Below, one piece after another: positions 13,485-28,249 of a DNA stretch of 64,000 nucleotides; positions within the stretch are counted from its first letter, which is position 1; every line of letters starts with the position of its first letter. A program made the position numbers and the translations under genes. The notes under the pieces were generated by a model. The model had not been told where the DNA came from. It ran no database searches and saw only the letters and a list, made by a program, of their open reading frames with translations. Source of the DNA: Eledone cirrhosa (lineage: Eukaryota); assembly GCA_964016885.1 (NCBI GenBank), contig OZ024740.1:244094001-244158000 (forward strand), written 5' to 3'.

Positions 13485-13845
13485 TGTGTGAAAGTGTGAA
13501 TAGAAATCTATGCGTGTTATCTAGTGTGGGATGTAATTTCGTAAATCTTAACCTTCTTTTTAAAAGTATTCTAGAAAAATTTTCTAAAATTTAAATCCTG
13601 AACACTAAAAAATATGACGTAATATGGTGTATATCTTAAGTGTGAGTGTGCTTAAGGATATGTGCATTTCTGCGCGTGTATAGAGTCAAAAGATAGAGAT
13701 GGCTTTTGATATTCAAACATGTGGTCACCAATCATCTATCTTAACTCCCAGAGATTTTAGTCATTGTTTTCAGTTTATACGTTAGTCGGAAACCACCAAT
13801 AATGGTTAATTTATAGTAATTGTTTATTAAGTAGGGTCACATTTA

Positions 13846-14025
13846 TAATAATTGTTTCTACTTTTGGCACAAGGCCATCAATTACCCAGTACATTACTGG
13901 TACTTTATTTTATCGACCACGTAAGGATGAAAGGCAAAGTTAACCTCGGTGGGATTTGAACTCAGACCGCAAAGGGACGTAACTATGCTGGCGTCCGACT
14001 CTCTACCGATACTGCCAATCCAGCG
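13846..14025 (-). mobile_element. tRNA-derived SINE, same family as 68-259
   Basis: Reverse complement of the family sequence. Confidence 0.85.
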
Positions 14026-14406
14026 TCACATTTATAATAATAAAATGATGAGGAATTCCTGTGCTGGCAGGTAGAAAATATTTCCGATTTTTTATTCAAT
14101 AAATTTAGATGATACTTAGTTATTAAGAGACTCTCATAAGCATAGGTTATGTTTTAGGTTACCTAGCTCTTAGGCCTTTACGGTTTTCAAAACAGACCAA
14201 TGTTTTAAAAAATGCTATGTTAGTGCTTCTTTGTTCTTTCTGGGTTTCTGTTATTGCAAATAATTGTGAAGAGAGCACCATCACGATATAAGCCCCCGTT
14301 TAAGAAAAGGAAGACATTATGTAGTAAAAATAAACTTACTAAGTCACACGCACACATATACATCTCTCTCTATCTCTCTCTGTCTCTCACTCACTCTCTC
14401 TCTATT

Positions 14407-14466
<60 letters not shown>

Positions 14467-14682
14467 TATCCCGGGTTCAATCGGGGATAACCACAGTGAG
14501 TAAGGTACTCAATACATAGCAGAGTATAAATATTTAATATAGAAATGGCTTCTACAGGACTAGAACTGCTTCATTTGGGAGAAATCATCAAAAGGGGTGT
14601 TTTCAGTTACTTATCTCCGTCTTTTCATTATATATGTATATATATATGTAAGAATATTTTCGAAACAGCAAGTGGGTTTGAA

Positions 14683-14916
14683 ATTATTAGAAATGTAAGC
14701 TATCGACCTATTTTGACTAAAGAAATTAAAGAAATTATTTAGCCTGATAGTGGGGTTAAGAAGCCTCGGAGAAATGGAAAAAGATGAGTATTGACGTACA
14801 TGGGACGTCAGTCAATACTCATCTTTTTCCATTTCTCCGAGGCTTCTTAACCCCACTATCAGGCTAAATAATTTTTTTAATTTCTTTAGTCAAATACGGC
14901 GATGGCTTACATTTCT

Positions 14917-14922
<6 letters not shown>
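14683..14922. repeat. Large palindrome (~112-bp arms, ~15-nt spacer) of an interspersed repeat
   Basis: 14683-14794 is inverted at 14810-14922; single-arm copy at ~46775-46880. Confidence 0.85.
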
Positions 14923-14976
<54 letters not shown>

Positions 14977-14986
14977 ATGGATGTGT

Positions 14987-15086
<100 letters not shown>

Positions 15087-15731
15087 TTCATGACTTTTAG
15101 GATAATGACCTATTTCCATACTTTGTACAGGCTCTCTGAAACGACTAGCGTTAACGCAGTCGATGTTTATCAGAATGTAATTCTGTCCCTGATATCATTT
15201 TCTGAGTCCTCAATAAAAATACTCAGTATCACAAAGCCCTTTAAATTATCACTCATGTCATTTACCCTGTTTCTTGAGCCATGCTATTTACTCCGTCCAT
15301 AGTAACCTTTGCTCTGTATCCAATGTCATTTACACACACTACATGACATTACGGTCATTAGTCTTCGTCATTGATTACTAACATCGATGTGATTATGTCC
15401 ATATCAGCATCATTATCAATTCATGCCTTCAGCAATAACAATTCTACTAAGAGACTCTACTATCTTAATCTTTATATATGTCTGATCATGTTGAATTAAA
15501 AACAATCCTGGGGGACATAAGAATGGGAAACACCTATGTGAATGTGAAAGTACATACGTAGATCTGTGTGAGTACGTATATCAGTGGGTCTATGTTCGAT
15601 ATGCGTGTACGTGTATCTGATTGCGTATGTCAATGCGTGCATATGTCAATGCGTGCATATGTATACGCTTCTTGGTGTATATACATATATATAGGTACAT
15701 TGACAAAGAGGGCAAAATCCTGATTCCTTAT

Positions 15732-15822
15732 TTGTATACAGCTGTTTCAGGGCGTAAGAGTAATAGTGTAAAATATTAGATAAATGGCACCGTTAAGATA
15801 AACCAGCCCATCATCAGTAGAA
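15732..15822 (-). ncRNA. Type I hammerhead ribozyme with large stem II loop, weak stem I
   Basis: Minus strand: CTGATGA-TGGGC...GCCCT-GAAACAGCTGTA. Confidence 0.6.
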
Positions 15823-16031
15823 GTCGTCTCACTAAACGCATTAGAAACAACTAACCACCATAGATTCAAAACAGGATGTGAACGCACTTGATGAAGACGT
15901 TATTCTATAAGGATACGAGTGGGCCAACGGGATTGCTAGAAGTAGCAGCACATTTGGTCTAAAATAAATCAGCTCTACTAAAATTTAATGTTAGAATTAC
16001 ATATATTAATATTTTGATTAATACATAAAAC

Positions 16032-16206
16032 TTATTAACCATATTGTCTGTAAATGCTCAAGTCAACCAGTGTGCTAGAAACAGCCACTTAGACCCTTAT
16101 TCCAGCTCTACTATTTAAACATTTTCAAATGGTTTAAGGTTTTAACTGTGGCTATTTTTAGCACTCTGGTTGACCTGGGCATTTGTCAGACAATATGATT
16201 AATAAT
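16032..16206. repeat. Imperfect foldback (MITE-like), ~60-bp arms
   Basis: TTATTAACCATATTGTCTG...GCTAGAAACAGCCAC pairs with GTGGCTATTTTTAGC...CAGACAATATGATTAATAA. Confidence 0.6.
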
Positions 16207-16239
16207 ATATATATATATATATAACTTTGAAAACTTTGA

Positions 16240-16766
16240 TTGGTTTCGGCCAGTATTGGCCCAGGCCATGTCTGGGGAGCATTGAATGCAATGGAAAAGA
16301 AAAGATATGGAAATCAAACCTGTCGGCCAAACTGAAAAGGAATTTCTTCAGAGCTGCTGTGGAGTCTGTGCTTGTTTATGGCTCTATCACTTGGACGCCA
16401 ACGTCGAAACTGGAGAAAAAGCTAGACGGGGCATACATACGTATGCTCCGCGCTGCTTTAAACGTGTCTTGGAGGGAACACCCAACAAATAAGGATCTCT
16501 ATGGCAATATACCACCTATCAGCAGGTCAATACGTGCACAGAGACTCAGATTTGCTGGCCACTGTTGGCGCAGCAAGGAAGAAATAGCAGGTGATGTGTT
16601 GTTATGGAGCGAGAAACGCTGGTTGTCCCAAGAAGACATACGTCAAGCAACTTGAGGACGATACTGGATGCACTGCGGAAGAACTGGCAAACGCTATGAG
16701 AGACAGAGATGGGTGGAGGAAGCGTGTCGTAGAAAGCCGAGTAAGCTCGACCTGATGATGATGATG
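16240..16766 (+). mobile_element. RTE-type LINE 3' fragment with (TGA)n tail
   Basis: FFRAAVESVLVYGS..W...RLRFAGHCWRS...DRDGWR; TGATGATGATG tail. Confidence 0.85.
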
Positions 16767-16787
16767 TCTAACTTAATAGCACCACCT

Positions 16788-17812
<1,025 letters not shown>

Positions 17813-17821
17813 CATTTTCTA

Positions 17822-20410
17822 TTCCGTTTACCAAAGATCGTCCATAAAGAGGAGGTGATTGATGGTAAGCTCTCCCTTTCCCAACTTGAATCCTGCTCTC
17901 ACTTTTCGCAGTATAATGGTCAGAGGCATCAGGGCAAGGACAAACAACAGAGGAGACAGACTATCTCCCTGGAAGATACCTCCCTTGATCTTCACGCCTC
18001 CCAAGGATTCTCCAGCCGATGTTAACTCTGTTTTCCATGACTTCATACTTTTGCTCAACAACTGTCTGATGTTATCTGCCACCCTGAAGATCTCTAGGCT
18101 TTTGGTGATCCAAGAATGAGGCACCATGTCAAATGCATTTTTCTAGTCTATCCATCACATGGCAAGACCAGTGTGTCTGCTCCTACAATTCCTCATTACC
18201 ATCTTATCAATAAGTAACTGGTCTTTTGTACGACGGGACTTCTTTCGGCATCCTTTCTGTTTGTCCGGTAACAAGTTGTTTGTGTGGAGTTGATGGTAGA
18301 TTTCCTCAGACACAATGTTTGTTAACAGTTTCCACATTACGGACAGCCATGTGATAGGTCTATAGTTGGTAACATCATTACCCTTGATTCGGTCTTTCAT
18401 TACCAGAACTATGGTACCTTTTGTCAACTACTCTGGTACCTCACCCGACATCAAGCAGTCATTGAACATGGTTGTCAGTTTCGGGTGGAGGGATGTTATA
18501 TTTTGAATCAAATACCCCTGCACACCGTCTGGGCCTGGTGATTTCCAGTTGGTTAGTTTTTTGGCCTGCCCCTTAAGAGTTTCAACTGTGATACTCAAAT
18601 CAGTTTGTTGGTGTGCCTGTTCACTAATCTCCTTTTGAACTGTTTCAATCCACACCGCCTGATCATTATGTTTAACATCCTGCTCCCATATTCCTCTCCA
18701 GAATGTCTTAGTTTGTTCCGCCTCAGGGATCAAGTCGTTGCCTCTTTTTTCCCTTCAAGCTGCCCAAACAACATCTTCTGGTTGTTGTCAGACATGCGGT
18801 TCTGTCTATACCGACTGACTCTGCTCTCGTATCGCCTAATTTTTGCACCCTTTGCTACAATGCGTTGCTTCAGTTCCTCTATGATAATATTTAGCTTTTT
18901 CCTCCTAGTTTTGTACTTTATTTTCAGTCTATTTCTAGTGTCTATGTTTTTTAGTGTCCCATTCAGAAGGGACTCAAGCTTTCCAATGTCATTTCTCATT
19001 TCCCTGATGTGACCATTCAGTCGTTTCTTCCACTAAGGTTCTGATCTTTCTTGTTTGTTGTTTCCCCTTGCTTTTATGCCAAGTAATTTCCTCACCGCAT
19101 TTGCTGTTGCTTTGAGGATATTGTTGCACTGGTGAAGGCTCCTCGCCTCAAGGTATGGGATGAATTTGTTTACCATAGCTGTTGTTTCTTTTAACTTTTT
19201 CCTGTCTACAAATCTTAGGTTCATAGGTTTTCCACTATCATTGTTCATTTCATCTAACACTAAGTTTAAGATATCAACCAAATCTTGTCCTAGCCCGTCA
19301 GCATTCATTTCCTCAATGGCCGTATCTTTGTTCCAGTTATTATTTATTTCAGCATTCAGATCATTGTCTGCTTCGGATGGTTCCTCCGTTCTCTCAACCT
19401 CTTCACCTTCATTTCCCACTGGCTCGTTTGTCTGGCACACTCCACTCTCCATTTCAAACCTAATCTCTCTGCTCAGTTCCAGCTCGCTTATCCACCCATT
19501 AGTTCTTATTACCCGAGCCTGCCCGGCCAATTTTTGTTCATCTAATTTAAATAGACCAATCTCGTTCCAGATGTTATGCATCCGTTTCCTATAGCCTTTT
19601 TCCTTGGAGTTACTCTTCAGGTAACATTGCATAACAGTTCTATTCAATTCTTTCGTCCAGTTGGTTCTGGTCCCTTTCCTTGTTGTTCTTCCTCCAACAC
19701 CAGCAGTATTTGGATGACAGCCAGGTCCCTGCTGCTGGGTCATGGAGCACCTGCTGGGTGAGAGTCTGTCACATGACATTCCAGTCTCCACTTCACCGTT
19801 ATTCGAACTGTTCAGGTTCGACATTTAAGCACTCATATTGAGGATTGGTGAATGTATGGTTACATAACTACCGGTGATTTCATCACCCCCGGTGATTTTA
19901 GCGTGGCACCATCACGCTGTAGACGAACATAAATAAACAAAAACAAACAAATAGATAAAAATCTAAAAAAACAAAAATAAACATAAGTCTCATTGTAATG
20001 TTTGAATGTCTCACTTAGTTTTTTTCCTTTTTTTTCGTTTTTTGTTTGTTTTTCTCCTTTGCGATTTTCGTTCTACAAGGCCAGTAACATCGGTTACTAG
20101 TGTTGTTGTTGCTGCTGCTGCTAAGGGAAGTAGGGGTTGTGTTCAAAACTTTTGAAATTTGTGTTTGTTGTTGCGTTTGCTTCTGTCTATGTTCTGTTCT
20201 ATAATTTTTCGACTATAATTTTTTCTATAATTTTTTTCCTTTCATCCCTACGGGGCCGACACCACAAAGCACCTGCAACACACCGGGACAATTGCTGGCC
20301 CCGTGCCAAAAGCAGAAGCAATTATTATTATTATATTATAGTTTAGATTTGACATCGTTTAAACTAAACATTTTGAGAGAATTTAGAGATACAACAACAT
20401 AATTATTATT
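17822..20410 (-). mobile_element. R4/Dong-clade non-LTR retrotransposon, 5' half, decayed (copy A)
   Basis: ORF starts at 19824; [47 protein letters not shown]; 5' region shared with copy B. Confidence 0.9.
20238..20335 (+). mobile_element. SINE 3' half, T-to-C hypermutated
   Basis: Aligns to the family body with ~13 T>C changes. Confidence 0.8.
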
Positions 20411-20411
20411 A

Positions 20412-20502
20412 TTTCCTTCCAGGGTCGATAGAATAAAGTACCAGTAATGCACTGGTTAATTGCTGGCCTTGTGCCAAAAGTAGAAACAATTATTATTATT
20501 AT
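20412..20502 (+). mobile_element. SINE 3' fragment
   Basis: GGGTCGATAGAATAAAGTACCAG...AAACAATTATT. Confidence 0.8.
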
Positions 20503-21210
<708 letters not shown>

Positions 21211-21558
21211 ACAATGACGAAGAGGAAAGATGAACTTGACCTAGGCGGGATTGAAACCCAAAATGTAAAGCGCAGGAACAAATATGGTAATGTATATTAA
21301 CTATCACTATCATTGCGGAATTTCTTTCTACAATTTACATTTTGTCTTCCAATTAAGCCTAGGTCAACTTTGCTTTTAATCCTTCTGTGGTCAATAAAGT
21401 GAAGTATCATTCAAATATTGAGGTACTATCGCTTCAGGAGGTTCTACGAGATACTTAGTGAGTGCATATTAAGCATATTGGTGATTTACACGAAATAAAA
21501 AGCAGATTCAAACCATTCAGTTACATCTATCTATCTAAGTGCCTAAATTAGACACCAT

Positions 21559-21752
21559 TGTGGATTGGCAGTATCGGTAGAGGGTCTGACGCCATGCTTT
21601 GACGCATAGAGTTACGGCCCTTGCCATTCTGAGTTCAAATCCCGCCGAGGTTAACTTTGCCTTTCATCCTTACGGGGTCGATAAAATAAAGTACCAGTAA
21701 TACACTGGGTAATTGCTGGCCTTGTGCCAAAAGTAGACACCATTATTATTAT
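21559..21752 (+). mobile_element. tRNA-derived SINE, same family as 68-259
   Basis: Full A-box, B-box, body and TAT tail. Confidence 0.85.
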
Positions 21753-22064
21753 GTAGCTGTGGAGTGTAAGTGTACTTTCAATAAAGGCAAGTGAAACCCT
21801 TTTAATAGATTTTTATTTGCGGAAAAACATTTTCTGGGTGACACTTGTCACTTGGAGTTCGTCACATCAAACTTTGAGTAAAATAAAAATAGAAAATATT
21901 CAATAGTTTTGTAATAAATTGCTTATATGTAGGTACAATGCACAATACCTTGGACCTACAGAGAGCGGAAGTGCGATTATGTAATGTTCATGGGTTTCTA
22001 ATGGAATTTAAAGATGTGAATAGATTGAATGAGCTGTTGATTTGATATATATATATATATATAT

Positions 22065-22097
<33 letters not shown>

Positions 22098-22098
22098 C

Positions 22099-22187
<89 letters not shown>

Positions 22188-23779
22188 TATATATATATAT
22201 ATTGTATGTATGTATATATATGTGTGTGTGTGTGTGTGCGCGCGCGCGCATCTATGTATGTATGTATTTATGTATGTATGTGAGAACTATAATGTTAGTA
22301 AAAGTTTATAAGGGTTGAAAAAATATATAACTTAATAGTCAAAGTATGAATAATTGCCGCATGAGATGAAACCAATGCTAAAAGCTGTCTGTTGTATGTC
22401 TCTTCGCAATATCCGTTCATGATTGGTTGGGCGGAAATACCACGACTAGATATTACAGAAAGGAAGAAGATGGTATTAAAAAAATCATATATGAATACAT
22501 GAATATATTATAAAATATACCAGCAGTTATATACAATCGTTGTTGTGATTCAACTACGAAGTCAATTCTGATAGAGAAGACCTATTGTCAAAGAGGTTGA
22601 AACCGGAATCATCTAGTTGTTTTCAAATATATAGTGCACGAATGATAACCTGCGGTTTTTCAGGCTCGTAATGTGACCTTCTGGAAGAAATCTGGATTGT
22701 TGTATTTCATAAATTATATTTTTGTTATGAGATAGTGTTACATTTATTCAACTGTTCTTAAATTACCACAAAAATATATTTACTATCTTTACAATAAGTT
22801 TACAGTTTTGTTTATTACTTCAATATTTATGTTATTACATATTCCCATGTATTTAATAACATTTTAAGCTGGAGAATAGTGTAAGAATATTTCCTTGGTA
22901 AAAAATAAGAACATTGTCTCTTTTGGGGGCTTTGTTTCTTTTTTTATCTGAAGAATAGTTTGAGATAGAAGGCAAATTATTTTGAGAATAGAATTAATCA
23001 TTTTTAGCTTTTTACGGTTGAGGAAAGCTTGAAGAAAAAGAACTTAGCAGACAGGTAAATTATCTACTTTATCGAAAATAATTTCCTCAAAATACGTTAG
23101 TAGACAAGTAAGTTGCTCATTTTTTAAGCTGCCAAAGAGATTGAGACAAATGCCATAGTAGACGAGAGCTAGAGAACAGTTTCAAATAAATACCTTAGCA
23201 AACGACAGCGCTGCTGATCCAATCGGAACTGAGCATCATCCACGTTGTTTACTTCTCGTTTACTCCACAACCGTTCTGCAACAGCTGAAGCTCTTGGCCT
23301 GCAAATTGGATATAGAAATCTTGGTCACAACTTTTATCTTATCCTTTCTTATTTTTGTCTTGCTCTGTTTCTCTTACTATGTTCCTGTGTCTTTGCATTG
23401 ATCTATCTATTTATCTGCCTGGCTCTTCTCTCTCTCTCTTTCTCTCCATATTTACATGTATATTATGTAGTCTGATAGTGATAATATACATCGTCATTTA
23501 GAATTAAGAGGTACTGAAAGATCAGACGAATATATATACTCAACTTGAGCATTAACGATATAAATTGCTATATTTTCCGTAGAGTTGCCTGACTTGCATT
23601 ATGAGTTTTAACATATAATAAGGTGCTCAACTTATCACATAATATTGAGGAGTGATATTTCCTTAGGACTAGTTAAAAGAGAATTGTGAAAGTATTGAAT
23701 AAATTTGTTGCAATTATAAATAAGCTGCTGTGTGGGAGAGAATATGAAACGTTTATGAGCTGAAATGCTGTACCTGATG

Positions 23780-24385
23780 ACCGAATACAGACGTTGGCGC
23801 ATTACTGCTCCAGCTTCGGCAATTCTTGCACTTAATCCAGCCTCCTACATTCAATCACTCATGAAAACTGTGTTCTTCATGTCACTGTGCAGGTTTCCTT
23901 GAGAAGACGAGTGTCTCAGTTTTCGTAGCACTGATTTCCATTCCTGCCATGCAGTACTCAACAGTAAGCCTATCAAGTCGGAGATTCCCTTCCGACGGGT
24001 TTAGTAGTACCATATCGTCTGAAAATTTCAGCAGACTGATTCTATACAAACTAGTCCTGATGCCATATCCAACCTGGCTGCGCATGACAGTCTGACACCC
24101 ACATTGAACAGTTTCGACTTAGCTCTATTTATCCAAACACAAATACTAGGGCATTCATGTAAAGACTGCAAGGCAACTAGAAGATGTCTATTGATCACAT
24201 TCTCCTGCAGAACCTACCACAGCAAGTCCCGTGGAACGCGGTCATATGATCTTTACAGGTCTACGAAAGTATACACCTTTTGGCAATACTCCCCCGATTT
24301 CTCAGAAACTTGTCGGAGTGTGAATATTTGGTCGGCGGTACCGCATCTGGGACGAAAACCAAGCTGTTCGTCAGTTAGCATTTGA
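23780..24385 (-). pseudogene. Old RTE-like RT fragment
   Basis: Minus-strand remnants GFRPRCGTADQIFTLRQ, YDRVPRDLLW, LKFSDDMVLL, GMEISATKTE. Confidence 0.7.
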
Positions 24386-24949
24386 ACTCTTTTATTGTTA
24401 TTGTAACCTCAGCCTCTGAAAGGTTAGTCATCGCTCCTAGATGCACCTCATGTACGTCATGTGTTGTTTTTTGACAGGGTTTTGGAGATCAGCAAAATAT
24501 TCTCTCCACTTCACACATGGTGTTATGCTTGCAAACAAACTAAACATTAATAATATTATCATTATATTATTATCATTCGATATAAAATTCACGAATGCAT
24601 TTATGTATCCGCTATGTTAGAGCGAAAACAAATTTTGTTTTTTTAATTTTCGGCAAAGCCAGCCGTAAGATCACTCAGTATGCAAATTATACTAATCAGC
24701 CAATGAATACTTAAGACAATACTATATATTCTCAAGAGTTCTAGTGTGTAGCAGAAAAGGAAAGATACACAATTTTGACAACGGACAATAACCCCAAAAC
24801 AATTGTCGATTGTTTCTCTATGCTACCACTAGAACTAAAGGATAGCGATAGTCGTCTAAAATACATGGCGTTATGAGGCTTATTTCTTGCAAAGGAATCA
24901 AATGTTAATATTCTTATAATATTATTATTATCATTGGATACGAAACTCA

Positions 24950-27010
24950 GGAATGCATATACCAACCACCTAATAACCTACAAATCAAGTGAGCACATAA
25001 GCCTGATTGACATCTTAGTAGTTAGGCAGCGAGACAGACATATGGTGTCAAATACTAAGGCATACCCTGGGGAAGAATGTACCACACAGCATAGGTTAGT
25101 CATTAGTGACATCTCAGTAAGCAAGAGACAGAATGAGACATACAGGAAGGTGTGGAGAAGAAAGGTCTGGAAGCTAAAAGACCTTTCACTAAAATATAAA
25201 TTTAGGAGGAGCCCTTCAAAATGTGTATGACGAAAAGGGAGACGATTTAGAGTTGTATGACATAGATGATAACTGGAATTTCTTACGTGACAACTTACTG
25301 CAGGCTACTGAAGAAACTTGTGGCTGGAGCAGGGCTTCAACCAGACAGAGTGTGGCCTGGTGGTGGAACAGCGCAGTAGATAGGGCCATTAGAGACAAAA
25401 GACTAGCATGGGATGCTTGGAAAAATGGTGGGAGTAGAGGAGGATACACAGCCGCTAAGAGAGAAGCTAGACGTCAGGTGTACTTAGAACGCAGGGAGGC
25501 TGAGAGTAAGAGGTTTGTCAATGTTCTGCTACGGGAAGATCAGAGACGTGTGGTGTTCCGCATTGCAAGGCAGTGTGTCAGTGAAAATCAGGATGTTGTT
25601 GGAGATAAGTGTGTCCGGAATGATGCCGGTGTACTTAGTGTCACGAATGATCAGAAAAAGGAGGCCTGGAAATGTCATTATGAGAAACTGATGAATGTGG
25701 AGAGAGAGAAATTACCCCCAGTAGACCCGAAAGAGGGACCAGCTATTGAGATTAACGAATATAGGGTCCAAGAGGCAATTAAGGAAATGTAAAATGGTAA
25801 GGTCGCTGGACCGCCGGGGATAGTTGCTGAGATGCTGAAGGCATCGGGAGAAGTAGGCACTGAACTGGTTTCACGCATCATCAATCAAGCTATATATGGT
25901 GATGTCATACCCAAAGGTAAAGGGGATGCTCTGGAGAGGAGAAATTATAGGGGCATATAGCAATTATAGGGGCATATGCAGAGAGAATATTAGCGCAACT
26001 GATTAGAGAAAGGGTCAAATTAGATGAGATGCAGTTTGGTTTTGTGCCTGGGAAAAGTACAACAGATGCCCTCTTCTTAGTGAAACAACTACAAGAGAGG
26101 TTCTTAGAGAAGAATAAGCCACTATACTTAGCTTTTGTTGACCTAGAGAAGGCCTTTGATAGAGTACCTCGATCTGTCATCTGATGGTCCCTAAGGAAAC
26201 TAGGTGTAGAGGAATGGCTTGTGAGGACAGTGCAAGCTATGTAAAGAGGTGTTATCAGTAAAGTGAGAGTAGGAATGGAGTTTAGTGAGGAATTCCAGAT
26301 ACAAGTAGGTGTACATCAGGGTTTGGTCCTCAGCCCGCTCTTGTTCATTAAAGTCCTCCAATCCATAACAGAGGAGTTTAAGACTGGCTACCCATGGGAA
26401 CTTCTCTATGCTGATGATCTGGTTCTTATAGCAGAATCAGTAGAGGAACTAGAGAAGAAATTCTGGCCATGGAAACAGTAGTTGGAATCAAGAGGACTGA
26501 GAGTGAACATAGCCAAGACAAAAGTGTTGATAAGTAGAAAAGAGGACAATATTCTGATTCCATCAGATGCGCGATGCTGCGTGATAGTGAAACATGGGCA
26601 GCAACTACAGAGGATATGCGACGGCTGGAGAGAAATGAAGCAAGCATGCTGCGTTGGATATTCAATGTCAATGTGCGTGAATGACCAAGCATGGATGAGT
26701 TGAGATAGAAACTGTGTATAAGAGGGATAAATTGTGGTGTGCGGGAGAGAAGACTGAGATGGTATGGACATGTGATGCGCATGAAGGATGACAACTGGGT
26801 AAAGAAGTGCCAAAAAATTCCAGTAGAAGGAAGACGTAGTAGAGGAAGACCACGGAAAACATGCGCAGAGGTGGTAAGAGCAGAGCTCAGATCGCTGATG
26901 ATAGACTGTGACAAGTGGAGAGACGCTGTGCTGAATAGGACCCGTCCCACTCTTGCAAGCAGGGAAAAGTGGACGTAAAATGATGATGATGAGGATGATG
27001 ATGATGATGA
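24950..27010 (+). mobile_element. RTE-clade LINE, decayed (EN end, RT, (TGA)n tail)
   Basis: TQHRLVISD, AWWWN, QFGFVPGKSTTDA, FVDLEKAFDRVP, GVHQGLVLSPLLF, LLYADDL, RLRWYGHVMR..GRPRKT. Confidence 0.9.
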
Positions 27011-27469
27011 TATATACATATATATCGATTTTTATTGCTTGCTAATGTGAATTCTATTGGTTTTTCTCACAGCTGTAATATTTGATCCACGTTCTATTTC
27101 TGTTATGATGAGTTAACACTCATAATTGATTATTCAATCTTCTATAGGAAAAAATCATCATAGTTAAAAACGGAATTGCTTTAACTCATTACTGACACTG
27201 ACTATAATTTCATCATTCAACTACTGACGCTATTTAGATTTGGTTGAACATAATCAACCAAACCCTCTCCCTCACCATCTTTCAAAAATGTTTCATGCCG
27301 GAAATATTAACAGCTGAATGTTAATACGGACAGAATATATTAACGTCTTTGTTTAACGAACACGTTAATTAGCAGCTTCGTTGAACATTTTACATTAAGA
27401 ACTCACTGTTCTCAGTTATTATTATTGTTGATGTTATTGTTGTAGTGGTGGTGTCCATTATCAAAACGA

Positions 27470-28212
27470 TTGTTCATGCTATTTTCTTCTTCTTCTTCTT
27501 CTTCTTCAGCAGTGGCGGCAACACAAGTAGCTACATTTGCAGTAGCAACAAAATCGCCAAAGAGGGCTCCACTACAACCACCATCAGCCGTGGAGCATAT
27601 ACCCCTCCCAGACGCCACGGAATCCGACATGGAGTCTGAGGTGGGAGTGAAGTGGCAAACAGTCTGCCACAAAAAACAAAAGAGAAAGAAACCCTTAGCT
27701 TCACCCGCCAAAAGCGAAGGCAAACAAAAAGGGGTAAAGGCTGCAAGGCGACTCGCAGCAACGCCACCACCATCACCACCACAAGTATCACCACCAACTA
27801 CAACCACACCACCACCAGCATCGCCACAAACACCAACATCGCAAACACAACAAGGCAAACATACCCAACAGCAGTAACAAGAAAACAGCAACAAAACCAA
27901 ACCCCCAAAAAACATTTCACAGCCTTAAACATGGCAAATAAAGAACTCTTAGAACATATAAAGCAGCACACAGACATTACGGACAAAAATTACTACACCC
28001 CACCAACACCAAGAACTCTCCCGAAAAATATAAACATTATTGAAATTAAAATAGAACATTATAAACATTTAAAAGAAAAATTCCCCAACGCAGTTGGAGA
28101 CTTCAGAGAGTCGGTTGCCAAAAGGATACACACCGACATCATCTTGGAGACACCCATGACCATCCAAAGGGACGGTTCAACTGTCCCTTTCCCACACGAT
28201 CAGGGTAGGTGA
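27470..28212 (+). pseudogene. Possible LINE ORF1 remnant
   Basis: SDMESE..WQTV..KKQKRKK acidic/basic N-terminus and Pro/Thr-rich linker directly upstream of an L1-type EN. Confidence 0.4.
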
Positions 28213-28249
28213 TCCTTTCTCACTTACTCCATTCCTCACCCAACATAGC

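Noticed and set aside
14549-14594. Hammerhead-like TTGATGA...GAAGC...GTA on the minus strand
   Set aside because: Two core mutations and a weak stem I; probably a dead relic, so not listed as a feature.
19826-19930. HDV-like ribozyme in the Dong 5' UTR
   Set aside because: Only simple hairpins visible; could not build the nested double pseudoknot by eye.
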